NCBI GenBank assembly: GCA_963765765.1
Contig: CAVXYC010000010.1
Location: 128,001-192,000, forward strand
Direction of reading: 5' to 3'
Length of the DNA stretch: 64,000 nt
Origin: an uncultured Chloroflexia bacterium
Lineage (GTDB): Bacteria; Chloroflexota; UBA6077; JACCZL01
Shown here: positions 50,836-61,332 of the stretch, piece by piece
Numbering within the stretch: position 1 is the stretch's first letter
Layout of the letters: every line of letters begins with the position of its first letter
The notes under the pieces: generated by a model
What the model was told of the DNA's origin: nothing
Database searches by the model: none
The model's input: the letters and a program-made list of their open reading frames with translations, nothing else
Position numbers and translations under genes: made by a program

Positions 50836-51771
50836 ATGGCGACTGCGACACTGACAGTCCGCGACTACCGAACAGACGTTCACAACAACTGGTGCCCCGG
50901 CTGCGGCGACTTCGGAATTCTGAGCGCCATTCAGGCAGCCTTTGCTCAGCTCCAGATACCGCCACACAAGATCGCGGTGCTCTCGGGCATCGGATGCTCG
51001 GGCAAGACGCCGCATTACATCAACGCATACGGCTATCACACGCTTCACGGACGCGTCCTTCCGACCGCCACGGGCATGAAGATCGCGAACAACGACATGA
51101 CCGTAATGGCCGTCGGCGGCGATGGCGATGGTTATGGGATTGGCGCCGGCTACTTTATCAACTCGGGCCGTCGAAACCTCGACTTAACTTACATCGTCTT
51201 CAACAATGGCGTGTACGGTCTGACCAAGGGGCAAGGCGCGCCGACGCTTCGCAAGGGGCTGAAGACAAAGTCGATGCCCGAACCTGCCATTCAGGACGGC
51301 GTGAACCCATTGGCGTTGGCCATCGGCGCGGGCTACACGTTTGTAGCTCGCGGCTACGCACTTGATCCGCGGCATCTGACGGGACTCATCGTGCAGGCGA
51401 TTCAGCATCCGGGCTCTTCGTTCCTGGATGTGCTCCAGACCTGCCCGACGTACAACGATCTCTATACCAAGGAGTGGTACGCCGAGAAAGGCGAGGAGAG
51501 CGAGCGGCTCTATAAGTTGGACGAGGCTGGCTACGATGGACTCGTTCGAGACGTCAGCAACCCTGACGAGCTCGTGGAGAAAAAGCTTCAGGCCGTGGCC
51601 AAGTCGTACGAGTGGGGCAACCGAATCCCACTGGGTGTCTACTACAAGGTAGAAGTCCCAACGTACGGGCAGGAAGTGGCCGAGCGAAGTCCACGATACG
51701 GTCAAGAAGCGATCGCGCGGATGGATCACTCCAAGCGGGATTTGACACCACTGATTGAGTCGTTCCGCTAG
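50836..51771 (+). CDS. 2-oxoacid:ferredoxin oxidoreductase beta, copy 2
   Basis: WCPGCGDFG, SGIGCSGK, GDGDG, YGLTKGQ, CPTYN. Confidence 0.93.
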   Translation: MATATLTVRDYRTDVHNNWCPGCGDFGILSAIQAAFAQLQIPPHKIAVLSGIGCSGKTPHYINAYGYHTLHGRVLPTATGMKIANNDMTVMAVGGDGDGYGIGAGYFINSGRRNLDLTYIVFNNGVYGLTKGQGAPTLRKGLKTKSMPEPAIQDGVNPLALAIGAGYTFVARGYALDPRHLTGLIVQAIQHPGSSFLDVLQTCPTYNDLYTKEWYAEKGEESERLYKLDEAGYDGLVRDVSNPDELVEKKLQAVAKSYEWGNRIPLGVYYKVEVPTYGQEVAERSPRYGQEAIARMDHSKRDLTPLIESFR

Positions 51772-51792
51772 TCGATCCAATCCAGCACGGAT

Positions 51793-51830
51793 ATGAGAAA
51801 AGCCCCGAAGTACCTCGGGGCTTTTCTCAT
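51793..51830 (+). terminator. Intrinsic, probably bidirectional, terminator
   Basis: ATGAGAAAAGCCCCGA-AGTACC-TCGGGGCTTTTCTCAT. Confidence 0.85.
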
Positions 51831-52016
51831 TCTTGGATCCAGTGGCCCGTAAAGCGGGACTCGGTCGTCGGTTTTCAAAGCCGCGAGCTTCAGATGTGAG
51901 GTGCGAGCCTAACGGCTCAAAGCCGCGAATCCGTCTCGTCGACACGGTAATATGCCTTAATTAGCAGATGATGTGGTCTCTCCCTTCTTAAGAGGGACCA
52001 TCCTGAGGTGTTCACA

Positions 52017-52532
52017 ATGCCAGGCAGTCACTGGATGATTGCACTCAGTCCTGAGAATTTTGAAGCCACACGTGCGCACGGCTTTACCGTACAGGGCGTA
52101 AAGAACCGCCATCGCAAGAAGGCAGAGCGCATGGCGCCGGGGGACCGAATCCTCTTCTTCGTGAACCAGGTTCAGGTCTTCCCCGCAACGGCCACAGTCA
52201 CGTCCGCGTATTTCGAAGATCAATCACCGATCTGGCAAAGTGCGGAGCGTCGCGCGGACAATTTCCCCTGGCGCGTTCGGATCAAGCCAGATTGCGTCCT
52301 CGAGCCGCATGAGTACATCGATGCTCGCCTTCTCGCCCCGCGATTGCTCTACGTAAAGCGCTGGGCGCCCGAGGACTGGGCGCTGGCGTTTCAGGGAAAC
52401 GTCCACCTTCTCTCGGCAGCGGACTTCTCTCTGGTGGATAACGAGATACAGCGGATCGTGCGAGCACGCGCGCAACGCAGAGAACGTGTCCCGGAGAGAA
52501 TTAGAGCGCGTGAAGGCCAGTCAGTCCAGTAG
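52017..52532 (+). CDS. EVE-domain protein
   Basis: WMIALSPENF, MAPGDRILFF, FEDQSPIW, FPWRVRI. Confidence 0.85.
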   Translation: MPGSHWMIALSPENFEATRAHGFTVQGVKNRHRKKAERMAPGDRILFFVNQVQVFPATATVTSAYFEDQSPIWQSAERRADNFPWRVRIKPDCVLEPHEYIDARLLAPRLLYVKRWAPEDWALAFQGNVHLLSAADFSLVDNEIQRIVRARAQRRERVPERIRAREGQSVQ

Positions 52533-52572
52533 CGATGCATTTTATCCGGCACGAAGCGCCGATGCGGGATCC

Positions 52573-53229
52573 TCAGCGCGCGTAGGCTGGCGTCGTGACC
52601 CCGCCCCACATATCGGGGGGCCAGTAGGTCACCCACGCTCGACCGATGACGTCCTCGATCGGTACGAACCAACCGAGATGCGAGTCGGTGCTGTTCGGCC
52701 TATTGTCACCGAGGACAAAATAATGTCGGGCTGGAACCGTGCGAGTCTCGAAGTCATAGCTCGCGTGAAACTTGATGTATGGCTCTTCAATCTTCTGACC
52801 ATTGATCAGAACGTTCCCGGCTGAAACGCGAACCTTCTCGCCGGGGAGCCCCATCACGCGTTTGATGAAGTCCTTGTCTGTGGAGCCAGGCGCTTTGAAG
52901 ACGATGATGTCTCCGCGCTGAGGACCGCCAAAGACGTACTTAGGTGTGCTTGAGGGGTTGGACTCAGCGCCTAGAAGCGGACTGACTGGAGTGCCGTCAA
53001 GACGCGAGTACGCCACTTTGTTGATGACGATGTACTGATCTCGATGGAGCGTCGGCTCCATACTCGCACCTTCGACGCGGAAGTTTTGAACGATGGCCCG
53101 CACGGCCACAAAAATCAAGATGGTTAGAATGACCGTCTGGAGAACTTCCCAGATAAGTGACTTCACCGATTCGCCACGTGAGGACGTGTTTAGTCTGGGA
53201 GTTTGGAGCTGGTCTTCCGTCACGCTCAT
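52573..53229 (-). CDS. lepB: Signal peptidase I
   Basis: ASMEPTL, RGDIIVF, FIKRV, GDNRPNSTDS. Confidence 0.95.
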   Translation of the reverse strand: MSVTEDQLQTPRLNTSSRGESVKSLIWEVLQTVILTILIFVAVRAIVQNFRVEGASMEPTLHRDQYIVINKVAYSRLDGTPVSPLLGAESNPSSTPKYVFGGPQRGDIIVFKAPGSTDKDFIKRVMGLPGEKVRVSAGNVLINGQKIEEPYIKFHASYDFETRTVPARHYFVLGDNRPNSTDSHLGWFVPIEDVIGRAWVTYWPPDMWGGVTTPAYAR

Positions 53230-53384
53230 GCAGTCTCCGTCGGGCACATCAACTCAAGGATATTCAGCATTATATCCCCCGCAGCTCGTGGCGGTCGGAA
53301 AGGCGAATCACTAACCGATCACCGTCGGCGGGTCCTGACCCTGTGGTAATATTTCGCTGTCCACACAAGCCCGGAGGCGACAAT

Positions 53385-54086
53385 TTGCGATTCGCGGTGA
53401 TCGTGTTCCCTGGCACGAACTGTGATCGGGACACCCACCATGTGCTCACCTCGGTTCTAAAGCAAGAAGCAGACCTCGTCTGGCACCAGGAGACGGAGCT
53501 CTCGTCTTACGACTGTCTGGTCCTACCAGGTGGATTTGCTCACGGTGACCATCTGCGAGCAGGCGCAATCGCACGATTTTCTCCAGTTATGAGCGCTGTA
53601 GCGCGATTTGTCGCGGCTGGAGGCCCCGTCATCGGTATTTGCAATGGCTTCCAGATCCTGCTGGAAGCTGGACTTCTGCCGGGAGCAATGCTACCGAACG
53701 CGAGTCGACAGTTTCGGTGCGAATGGGTTTCTGTGCGCGTCGAAAGCAATCGGTCGAGGTTTCTCACGGCCGCTGCTCGAGGTGCGGTGATGCAACTACC
53801 CATCGCGCACGGAGAAGGACGTTATTTCGCGTCTGAGGCCACGCTCAGTGAGCTTCAGGAGCACGATCAGATTGCGCTGAGGTACTGCGACGCTGAAGGC
53901 CGCGTGACCGACTCTTCAAATCCCAACGGATCACTCCAGGGAATTGCTGGCGTGACTAACCGTGAAGGAAATGTGCTTGGGTTGATGCCGCATCCAGAAC
54001 GGGCAAGCGAACTCGAGCTTGGAAGCGTGGACGGTCGGATGATGTTTGAGTCGATCCTTCTTTCGGTTGCGCATGGCGCTCGCTGA
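53385..54086 (+). CDS. purQ: FGAM synthase glutaminase subunit
   Basis: FPGTNCD, PGGFAHGD, GICNGFQ, MPHPER; TTG start. Confidence 0.96.
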   Translation: MRFAVIVFPGTNCDRDTHHVLTSVLKQEADLVWHQETELSSYDCLVLPGGFAHGDHLRAGAIARFSPVMSAVARFVAAGGPVIGICNGFQILLEAGLLPGAMLPNASRQFRCEWVSVRVESNRSRFLTAAARGAVMQLPIAHGEGRYFASEATLSELQEHDQIALRYCDAEGRVTDSSNPNGSLQGIAGVTNREGNVLGLMPHPERASELELGSVDGRMMFESILLSVAHGAR

Positions 54087-56274
54087 TACCGCCATCCCGA
54101 TCGATCTCGGGGGACTGTCCGAGACCGAATATCGCATGGCTGTCGACCTTCTGGGCCGCGCACCGAACTCGGTAGAGCTTGGCATGATCGCGGCGATGTG
54201 GAGCGAGCACTGTGGCTATACCAACTCGCGGCCGCTCTTGAAACGGCTTCCTACCACCGGACCATCCGTCCTACAGGGCCCCGGCGAAAATGCTGGGGCC
54301 GTTGATATTGGCGACGGGCTCGCTGTGGTGCTCAAAATGGAGTCCCACAATCATCCCAGCGCGGTCGAGCCATTTGAGGGCGCCGCAACTGGCGTGGGCG
54401 GCATTCTGCGCGACATCTTCACCATGGGCGCACGGCCAATCGCGCTGCTCGATTCGCTTCGGTTCGGGCCACCTGAAGGTCGATCCGCCTATCTGACGCG
54501 TGGCGTTGTCGCGGGGATCTCGGCGTACGGGAACTGTGTCGGCGTTCCAACCGTCGGCGGGGAGCTGTTCTTCCACCCATCCTTTGCCGAGAATCCGCTG
54601 GTCAATGTCATGTGCGTGGGATTGGTGGAGCATCACCGTCTCACCCGAGCGCACGCCGGCGAGACCGGCGATCTGGTGGTTGTGGTGGGCGCGCTGACCG
54701 GCCGCGACGGCATTCACGGCGCCACGTTTGCATCAGTTGAGATGGACGAGGGGTGGGAAGAACGCCGACCCGCCGTCCAGGTAGGAAACCCTTTTCTCGA
54801 AAAGCTTTTGCTGGAAGCATGCCTCGAGATTCTCGATCGCGACATCGTCTCGGGCATGCAAGACCTCGGCGCGGCAGGGCTGACAAGCTCATGCGCCGAG
54901 ATGGCCGCGCGCGGCGGCCGTGGGATCACTATTGACGTCGCCCAGGTTCCGCGCCGCGAACGAAACATGACTCCGTATGAAGTCATGCTGTCCGAATCTC
55001 AGGAGCGCATGATTCTGGTGATCCCGCCGTCGGCGATCGACGCCGTGCGCTCTCATTTCGAACGCTGGGAGCTCGCCGTATCCGTCATTGGACGAGTCAC
55101 GGACGACGGACAATTTCGCGTACTTGACAATGGCGACGAAGCTGCCTGCATTCCGGTAAAGCTGCTCTCAGATGATGCGCCTAGCTATACTCATCCGTTC
55201 GTGCCGCTACCAGAGCCAGAGCTCCCAGAGCTACCCGCGGATCTCGTAGATGCGAGTTCAGCGACTCTCGAGCTGATCGGATCCGCCAATCTTTGCAGTC
55301 GTGAACCGATCTATCGTCAATATGACCATACGGTTCAAGCCAACACCGTTATGGGGCCAGGCATGGGAGCCGCGGTCCTGCGTGTCAAGGGCGCCCGCTC
55401 CGGATTGGCCATTACGACTGACGGAAACCCCCGGTACTGTCAGGCAAGTCCACGTCGCGGGGCGCAGATCGCGGTAGTCGAGTCAGCGCGAAACCTCGCC
55501 TGCCGCGGTGCACGACCAATAGCGGTGACGGACTGCTTGAATTTCGGCAGCCCGGAGCGGCCAGAGCCATACTGGGCGCTTTCAGAAGCGATCCATGGCA
55601 TCTCCGAGGCCTGTCTCGCCCTGCATGTGCCGGTCGTAAGTGGAAACGTGAGTCTGTACAACGAGACGGGCGGCGGCTCCATTGCGCCCAGTCCGATCAT
55701 TGGAATGGTCGGACTCATCGAAGACCTGAAGCAGACCGCTCCATCTGGATTCCAGGATGATGGTGATGTGGTTGTTCTGTTAGGACCACTGACCTCTGGC
55801 TTGGAATGCTCAGAATATCTGGCGGCCCGAAGCGACGTCACTGGTCCCGCGCCTGCTCTCGACCTAGACCTAGAAGCGCGCAGTCAGAACGTATGTCGCC
55901 AACTGGTGGCCAGCGGCCTGGCCCGCTCGGCTCAGGATTGCAGCGATGGCGGGCTGGTCATCGCCCTGGCGGAATGTGCAATTGCTGGAGACAAGGGGTT
56001 CGTCGGGTCAACCGATGCGTTGGAGTCATTGCGGGCTGCCTGTGGCGGACGACTCGACGCCGCACTGTTTGGCGAAGCCCAGTCTCGATTTGTTATCTCG
56101 TGCCGCCAGGCCGACCTGGCGGAAGTCTCGAGATTGTGCGCTGCCGATGACGTTCAGTGCACCGTGCTCGGACAGACGGGTGGACAGATGTTGCAATGGG
56201 GGAACGCCCTCAAGCTTTCATTGGACGCTCTGCGGATTCAGTGGGCGGGGGGGCTCAAGGATGTCATTGCCTGA
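54073..56274 (+). CDS. purL: FGAM synthase subunit (small PurL)
   Basis: WSEHC, ESHNHPS, DLGAAG, SESQERM, GNVSLYN. Confidence 0.97.
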   Translation: MALADTAIPIDLGGLSETEYRMAVDLLGRAPNSVELGMIAAMWSEHCGYTNSRPLLKRLPTTGPSVLQGPGENAGAVDIGDGLAVVLKMESHNHPSAVEPFEGAATGVGGILRDIFTMGARPIALLDSLRFGPPEGRSAYLTRGVVAGISAYGNCVGVPTVGGELFFHPSFAENPLVNVMCVGLVEHHRLTRAHAGETGDLVVVVGALTGRDGIHGATFASVEMDEGWEERRPAVQVGNPFLEKLLLEACLEILDRDIVSGMQDLGAAGLTSSCAEMAARGGRGITIDVAQVPRRERNMTPYEVMLSESQERMILVIPPSAIDAVRSHFERWELAVSVIGRVTDDGQFRVLDNGDEAACIPVKLLSDDAPSYTHPFVPLPEPELPELPADLVDASSATLELIGSANLCSREPIYRQYDHTVQANTVMGPGMGAAVLRVKGARSGLAITTDGNPRYCQASPRRGAQIAVVESARNLACRGARPIAVTDCLNFGSPERPEPYWALSEAIHGISEACLALHVPVVSGNVSLYNETGGGSIAPSPIIGMVGLIEDLKQTAPSGFQDDGDVVVLLGPLTSGLECSEYLAARSDVTGPAPALDLDLEARSQNVCRQLVASGLARSAQDCSDGGLVIALAECAIAGDKGFVGSTDALESLRAACGGRLDAALFGEAQSRFVISCRQADLAEVSRLCAADDVQCTVLGQTGGQMLQWGNALKLSLDALRIQWAGGLKDVIA

Positions 56275-57673
56275 CAGTGGCGACCAGCTAAAGGAATTCT
56301 GCGGCGTGTTCGCCGCGTACTCACCGGGCGAGGAGGTGGCACGCATTGCCTTCTTCGCTCTCTACGCATTGCAGCATCGCGGCCAGGAGAGCGCCGGCAT
56401 AGCCACCGGCGACGGCACCCGCCTGCACGTCCACGCGCAGATGGGCTTGGTCAATCAGGTTTTCGACGAGGCGTCGCTCTCAAGGCTCGTCGGACCAGCC
56501 GTCATCGGCCATACGCGCTACTCGACCACAGGATCGAGCCGTGTTGACAACGCTCAGCCTTTCGTGGTCCACAGCGATCTAGGGCCGCTTGCGCTGGGGC
56601 ATAACGGCAATCTCACCAATGCGAACTATCTGCGCGAAGAGATTGAATCCAAAGGCATTCACCCTGTCTCTTCAACCGATTCGGAACTCATCGGATACAT
56701 CTGCGCTCAAGCTCCCGGTTCTACCTGGATCGATCGTATCCGCAGAGGTCTCCAGCGGCTGGAAGGCGCCTATTGTCTGGTGCTGGCCACGCCAACGCAG
56801 GTTTTCGCAGTGCGCGACCCGTACGGGATCCGCCCAATGTGTCTGGGGCGACTTGCCAACGGCTCGTGGGTGGCTGCATCGGAAAGCTGCGCTCTCGACA
56901 CCATCGGCGCGGAATTCGTCCGCGAGCTCGCGCCGGGTGAGATCGTTACGATCGATGCCGATGGACTGAAGACCGAGCTGTTGCCGCCAAAGCGTCGTGC
57001 CGCATGCTCGTTTGAGCACATCTACTTCGCTCGGCCGGACAGCATCATCGATGGCTGCCTGGTGTACTCAGTTCGCGAGCGCATGGGGCAGATTCTGGCG
57101 GAAGAGCATCCCGTGGAAGCTGACCTGGTAATGCCCGTTCCAGATGCAGCGACGCCCGCCGCCATAGGGTACGCGCGGAAATCAGGAATCCCATTTAGCG
57201 AGGGGCTGGTCAAGAATCGCTATATCGGACGCACGTTCATTCAGCCAGATCAATCAATGCGCGATAGCGGCGTCGCCCTAAAGCTGAATCCGCTTCCTGA
57301 AGTCCTCGGCGGCAAGCGGATCGTGGTGGTCGATGACAGCATCGTGCGCGGCACGACGACGCCAAGGGTGGTGGAGATCCTCCGTCGTGCTGGCGCCCGC
57401 GAGGTGCATATGCGCATCTCGTCCCCGCCGATGAAATACCCCTGCTACCTGGGTGTGGACACCGCGCCCATCGAACAGCTTATCGCGGCGTCTCGGTCCG
57501 TCGAAGAGATTCGAGACCACATCGGCGCTGACTCTCTTGGCTACTTGAGCATTACTGGTCTGGTCCGTGCAATCGGGCTTCCCGAGGACACGTTTTGCAA
57601 CGCGTGCTTCCATGGCGATTATCCGATTCCCGTTCAGCTCGGGCTGGATAAGCTGGTGCTGGAGCGGTCGTGA
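56261..57673 (+). CDS. purF: Amidophosphoribosyltransferase
   Basis: CGVF, LQHRGQE, HNGN, YFARPDS, VDDSIVRGTT. Confidence 0.97.
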   Translation: MSLPDSGDQLKEFCGVFAAYSPGEEVARIAFFALYALQHRGQESAGIATGDGTRLHVHAQMGLVNQVFDEASLSRLVGPAVIGHTRYSTTGSSRVDNAQPFVVHSDLGPLALGHNGNLTNANYLREEIESKGIHPVSSTDSELIGYICAQAPGSTWIDRIRRGLQRLEGAYCLVLATPTQVFAVRDPYGIRPMCLGRLANGSWVAASESCALDTIGAEFVRELAPGEIVTIDADGLKTELLPPKRRAACSFEHIYFARPDSIIDGCLVYSVRERMGQILAEEHPVEADLVMPVPDAATPAAIGYARKSGIPFSEGLVKNRYIGRTFIQPDQSMRDSGVALKLNPLPEVLGGKRIVVVDDSIVRGTTTPRVVEILRRAGAREVHMRISSPPMKYPCYLGVDTAPIEQLIAASRSVEEIRDHIGADSLGYLSITGLVRAIGLPEDTFCNACFHGDYPIPVQLGLDKLVLERS

Positions 57674-58692
57674 GCGAGATGTACGCCCGAGCTGGCGTGG
57701 ACATCCTCGCCGGCGATCGGGCGGTCGAGCTAATCAAAGGGGCCGTTCGCTCTACGCATGGGCCACAGGTGCTTGGAAGCTTGGGTGCTTTTGCCGGACT
57801 CTACGCCCTTTCGGGCTATGAGTCTCCGGTGCTCGTGGCCAGCACCGACGGCGTTGGCACAAAGCTGAAAGTGGCCAGGGCGCTAGGTCGGTTCGACACC
57901 ATCGGGGCCGATCTGGTCAATCTCTCCATCAATGACGTGTTGACCACGGGAGCGCGACCTCTATTCTTTCTTGACTACATCGCGGTCGGGCAAACGGTTC
58001 CCGAGCAGATCGAAGCACTTGTCTCCGGGATGGCGGCGGCGTGCCGCGACGCGGGCTGTGCGCTGATAGGTGGAGAGACCGCGGAGATGGGCGACGTCTA
58101 TGAATCCGGTGACTTCGACCTAGCCGGGTTCCTGGTAGGCGCGGTGGAGCGCTCGCGCATCATCGATGGACAGGCGGTGCGGCCTGGGGATCACGTCTGG
58201 GGGCTGCCATCAAACGGGCTGCACACGAACGGCTATACGCTGGCACGCAAAGCGCTGGGGCACATCGACACAGACAGTCGACCCGCTCCGCTGCATTGCA
58301 CGTTGGGGGAAGAGCTTTTGGCGACGCATCCAAGTTATCTCCCGGACATGATTCCGTTGCTGGAGCAGGAGATTCCTCGCGCCATGGCGCATATTACCGG
58401 TGGAGGCATTCCGGGCAATCTGGCGCGGACTCTTCCTGAGGAACTCGGCGCGGTACTGGAATGGGGCTCCTGGAAGCCATCCACCATCTTCGCCGTCATG
58501 CAGGAGCATGGCGGAGTGCCCATCTCCGAGATGCTTTCGGTGTTCAACCTTGGACTGGGCTTCACGTTCGTGGCTTCGGCGGACCGTGAGGCCGACATCA
58601 TCGACCTCACACCAACCGCTATCCGCGTGGGGACCGTTCAAGTAGTCGAACGGGATGAACCGCGTGTGGTCATCCGAGGGTTGAATGCCTGA
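57670..58692 (+). CDS. purM: AIR synthetase
   Basis: DGVGTK, GGETAEM, GLHTNG, HITGGG. Confidence 0.97.
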   Translation: MSEMYARAGVDILAGDRAVELIKGAVRSTHGPQVLGSLGAFAGLYALSGYESPVLVASTDGVGTKLKVARALGRFDTIGADLVNLSINDVLTTGARPLFFLDYIAVGQTVPEQIEALVSGMAAACRDAGCALIGGETAEMGDVYESGDFDLAGFLVGAVERSRIIDGQAVRPGDHVWGLPSNGLHTNGYTLARKALGHIDTDSRPAPLHCTLGEELLATHPSYLPDMIPLLEQEIPRAMAHITGGGIPGNLARTLPEELGAVLEWGSWKPSTIFAVMQEHGGVPISEMLSVFNLGLGFTFVASADREADIIDLTPTAIRVGTVQVVERDEPRVVIRGLNA

Positions 58693-59320
58693 TCTGGGAG
58701 TGGGAATTCTGCTTTCGGGTCGCGGCTCCACGATGGATGCGGTGGCCAGAGCTATTGGCCGTGGCGAGCTGAATGCGACCATCAAAATTGTCATTTCGAA
58801 CAATCCGATGGCCAATGGGATCGAGCTCGCCAGGGCGCACGGCTTGCCCGTACACGTGGTGGATCGCAAGGACGGTCGCACTCGAACCGAGCGACATCGA
58901 GAAATACTGGAGGTTCTTCACGAAGCTGGAACGGAGCTTGTGGTGTGCGCTGGATTCAACGAGGTTTTGACTGCGGACGTTACCTCGGCATTTCGGGATC
59001 GCATCATCAATACGCACCCATCACTCTTGCCGGCGTTCGGCGGCGGCATGCATGCGACACGGGACGCGCTCGAGTACGGCGCAAAGGTTACCGGGTGCAC
59101 GGTGCATTTTGTGACGGACGATCTGGACAATGGCCCGATTCTCGCGCAGCGGACGGTAGAGGTGTTGGAGAACGACACGGAGGAGAGCCTGGCAGCTCGT
59201 GTGCTGGTGGAAGAGCACAAGGCGCTGCCGGCCGCCATCCAGCTCATCGCCACAGGGCGAGTTGCGATTGACGGGCGCCGCGTCCGAATAGTGCCGGCAT
59301 CAGTTCCGGCGTCTCGCTGA
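58685..59320 (+). CDS. purN: GAR transformylase
   Basis: SGRGST, NTHPSLLP, GCTVHFV, LDNGPI. Confidence 0.96.
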   Translation: MPDLGVGILLSGRGSTMDAVARAIGRGELNATIKIVISNNPMANGIELARAHGLPVHVVDRKDGRTRTERHREILEVLHEAGTELVVCAGFNEVLTADVTSAFRDRIINTHPSLLPAFGGGMHATRDALEYGAKVTGCTVHFVTDDLDNGPILAQRTVEVLENDTEESLAARVLVEEHKALPAAIQLIATGRVAIDGRRVRIVPASVPASR

Positions 59321-59426
59321 CATAAGTTCGGTATAATCGGCCCGCCGATGCTATTGACGCGAACGCGAGTGAAGCCGCCGCTAGCGGTAATAATGCGATC
59401 GGTCGGATTGCTAGATTGAGGGAACA

Positions 59427-60971
59427 ATGCGCGCGCTTCTGAGTGTATATGACAAGACCGGAATCGTCGAGCTGGCTCGCGGACTTGTGGACCTGGGTGT
59501 GGAGCTTTTCTCGACCGGTGGAACCGAGGGTCTCCTCAGCGACGCCGGAGTTCCGGTCAAGGGCATCCAGGAGATCACCGGGTTCCCCGAGGTGCTGGGC
59601 GGTCGGGTAAAGACGCTCCATCCACTGATTTATTCCGGGATCCTGGCGCGCCGTGACGACCCAGCCCACATGGAGCAGCTCAGTCAGCTTAATGCCGAGC
59701 CGTTTGATCTCATCGCCGTGAACCTTTACCCGTTCCTCGAGACTGTTCGAGAGCGGGGAGCTGAGCTCGAAGAAGCACTCGAGAATATCGATATTGGTGG
59801 CCCCACGCTGTTGCGTGCATCGGCGAAGAACTTCACCCATGTGCTACCCCTGTGTGATCCCCAGGACTACTCGACGGTGCTGGAGGCGCTTCAGGGCGAC
59901 GGCCCCAGTATGGACATCCGCCGGCGGCTGGCTGCCAAAGCGTTCCAGCACTGTGCGCTTTACGACACGCACATTGCAGGTTACCTGCGGCCAGCCGACG
60001 AGCTCTTTCCCGACAAGTACACCATTGCCCTTGCTAAGAAGTCGGAGCTCCGCTACGGTGAGAACCCGCATCAGCTCGGCGCCTTCTATGAAGACACGTC
60101 ACACTGGCCACGACCCGCGGGTGTGGTGAGCGCCGCACAACTTCACGGCAAGCAGCTCTCATACAACAACACCTACGATCTCGATGCAGCGTGGCGGATC
60201 GTGAGCGATTTCACGGCGCCCTGTGTGACGATTGTCAAGCACGGCAACCCGTGTGGTCTGAGCTGCGGTGATGATCTCGCGGATACGTATCGACGTGCAT
60301 TGGCAACCGATCCACTTTCTGCTTTCGGTGGAGCAATCGGCATCAACCGAATCGTCGATGAGAAGACCGCGCTCGAGATCCAGGAAGTCTTCTTCGAAGA
60401 CATCATCGCGCCAGGCTATACGGACGAGGCGCTAGAAATTCTCCGACGTAAGCGCGACTTACGTGTGCTGGCGGCGCCATCCACGGGTGGCGGCCCATCC
60501 AGTGCGGTATCTGAGTTCGATTACCTTCGGCTCACCGGCGGCTTCCTCGTACAGACCCGTGACGCGCTCCCTGAGCACACTCTTCAGCGCGACGTGGTGA
60601 CGCAGCGTCAACCCACTCTTGCCGAGCTTACGAGCCTGCTCTTCGCCTGGCGTGCTGCCAAGCATGTGCGTTCTAATGCCATCGTGCTCGCCAAGGGTCT
60701 CTCGCTTGTGGGCGTCGGCGCTGGGCAGATGAGCCGCGTCGATTCAGTGGATCTAGCGTGCCGCAAAGCGGGCGATCGAGTGGCAGGTTCTGTGATGGCA
60801 TCGGACGCGTTTTTCCCATTCCCAGACGGCGTTGAGAAAGCTGCTGAGGCTGGGGTAACGGCGGTCATTCAGCCTGGTGGTTCGATTCGCGACAAAGACG
60901 TCATAAAAGCCGCGGACCGCTATCACATGGCGATGATCCACACGCACCAGCGCCACTTCCTGCACCGATAG
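59427..60971 (+). CDS. purH: AICAR transformylase/IMP cyclohydrolase
   Basis: ALLSVYDK, GRVKTLHP, RYGENPHQ, KHGNPCG, SDAFFPF. Confidence 0.98.
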   Translation: MRALLSVYDKTGIVELARGLVDLGVELFSTGGTEGLLSDAGVPVKGIQEITGFPEVLGGRVKTLHPLIYSGILARRDDPAHMEQLSQLNAEPFDLIAVNLYPFLETVRERGAELEEALENIDIGGPTLLRASAKNFTHVLPLCDPQDYSTVLEALQGDGPSMDIRRRLAAKAFQHCALYDTHIAGYLRPADELFPDKYTIALAKKSELRYGENPHQLGAFYEDTSHWPRPAGVVSAAQLHGKQLSYNNTYDLDAAWRIVSDFTAPCVTIVKHGNPCGLSCGDDLADTYRRALATDPLSAFGGAIGINRIVDEKTALEIQEVFFEDIIAPGYTDEALEILRRKRDLRVLAAPSTGGGPSSAVSEFDYLRLTGGFLVQTRDALPEHTLQRDVVTQRQPTLAELTSLLFAWRAAKHVRSNAIVLAKGLSLVGVGAGQMSRVDSVDLACRKAGDRVAGSVMASDAFFPFPDGVEKAAEAGVTAVIQPGGSIRDKDVIKAADRYHMAMIHTHQRHFLHR

Positions 60972-61332
60972 TCTGAGTCTCTCGAACAGCTGACACCGAG
61001 CCATTGTGGCGACGGCTTTCCAGGCCGTTCGCGCTAGCACGTGGCACGTGGGTGATTGTCACGTGGCACTCGGAGTGCCGGCTAGAAGCCCGCCGCTAAG
61101 GAACACGCGATTGACGGTCGGCCTCGTCTGATTCGCCGGCTCTACTCTTGTCCGCTGCCCCTGTCGGCGCAGTATAGTGTGAACAAGAATCGAGACTTAT
61201 CCAGCCCGGGACGGCTGCACAAGGTGTCCGGGCGGCCTTATAGCTGCACAGATACCCGCACGCAGGGAAGGTAATGACCTGCGGTGCGCGCACCGCCCGT
61301 GCCGGTGGGGCCCGGGAAGGGAGGACTGTGCA

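Noticed and set aside
59321-59426. ZTP or purine riboswitch before purH
   Set aside because: Only promoter-like elements are present, with no aptamer consensus and little room.
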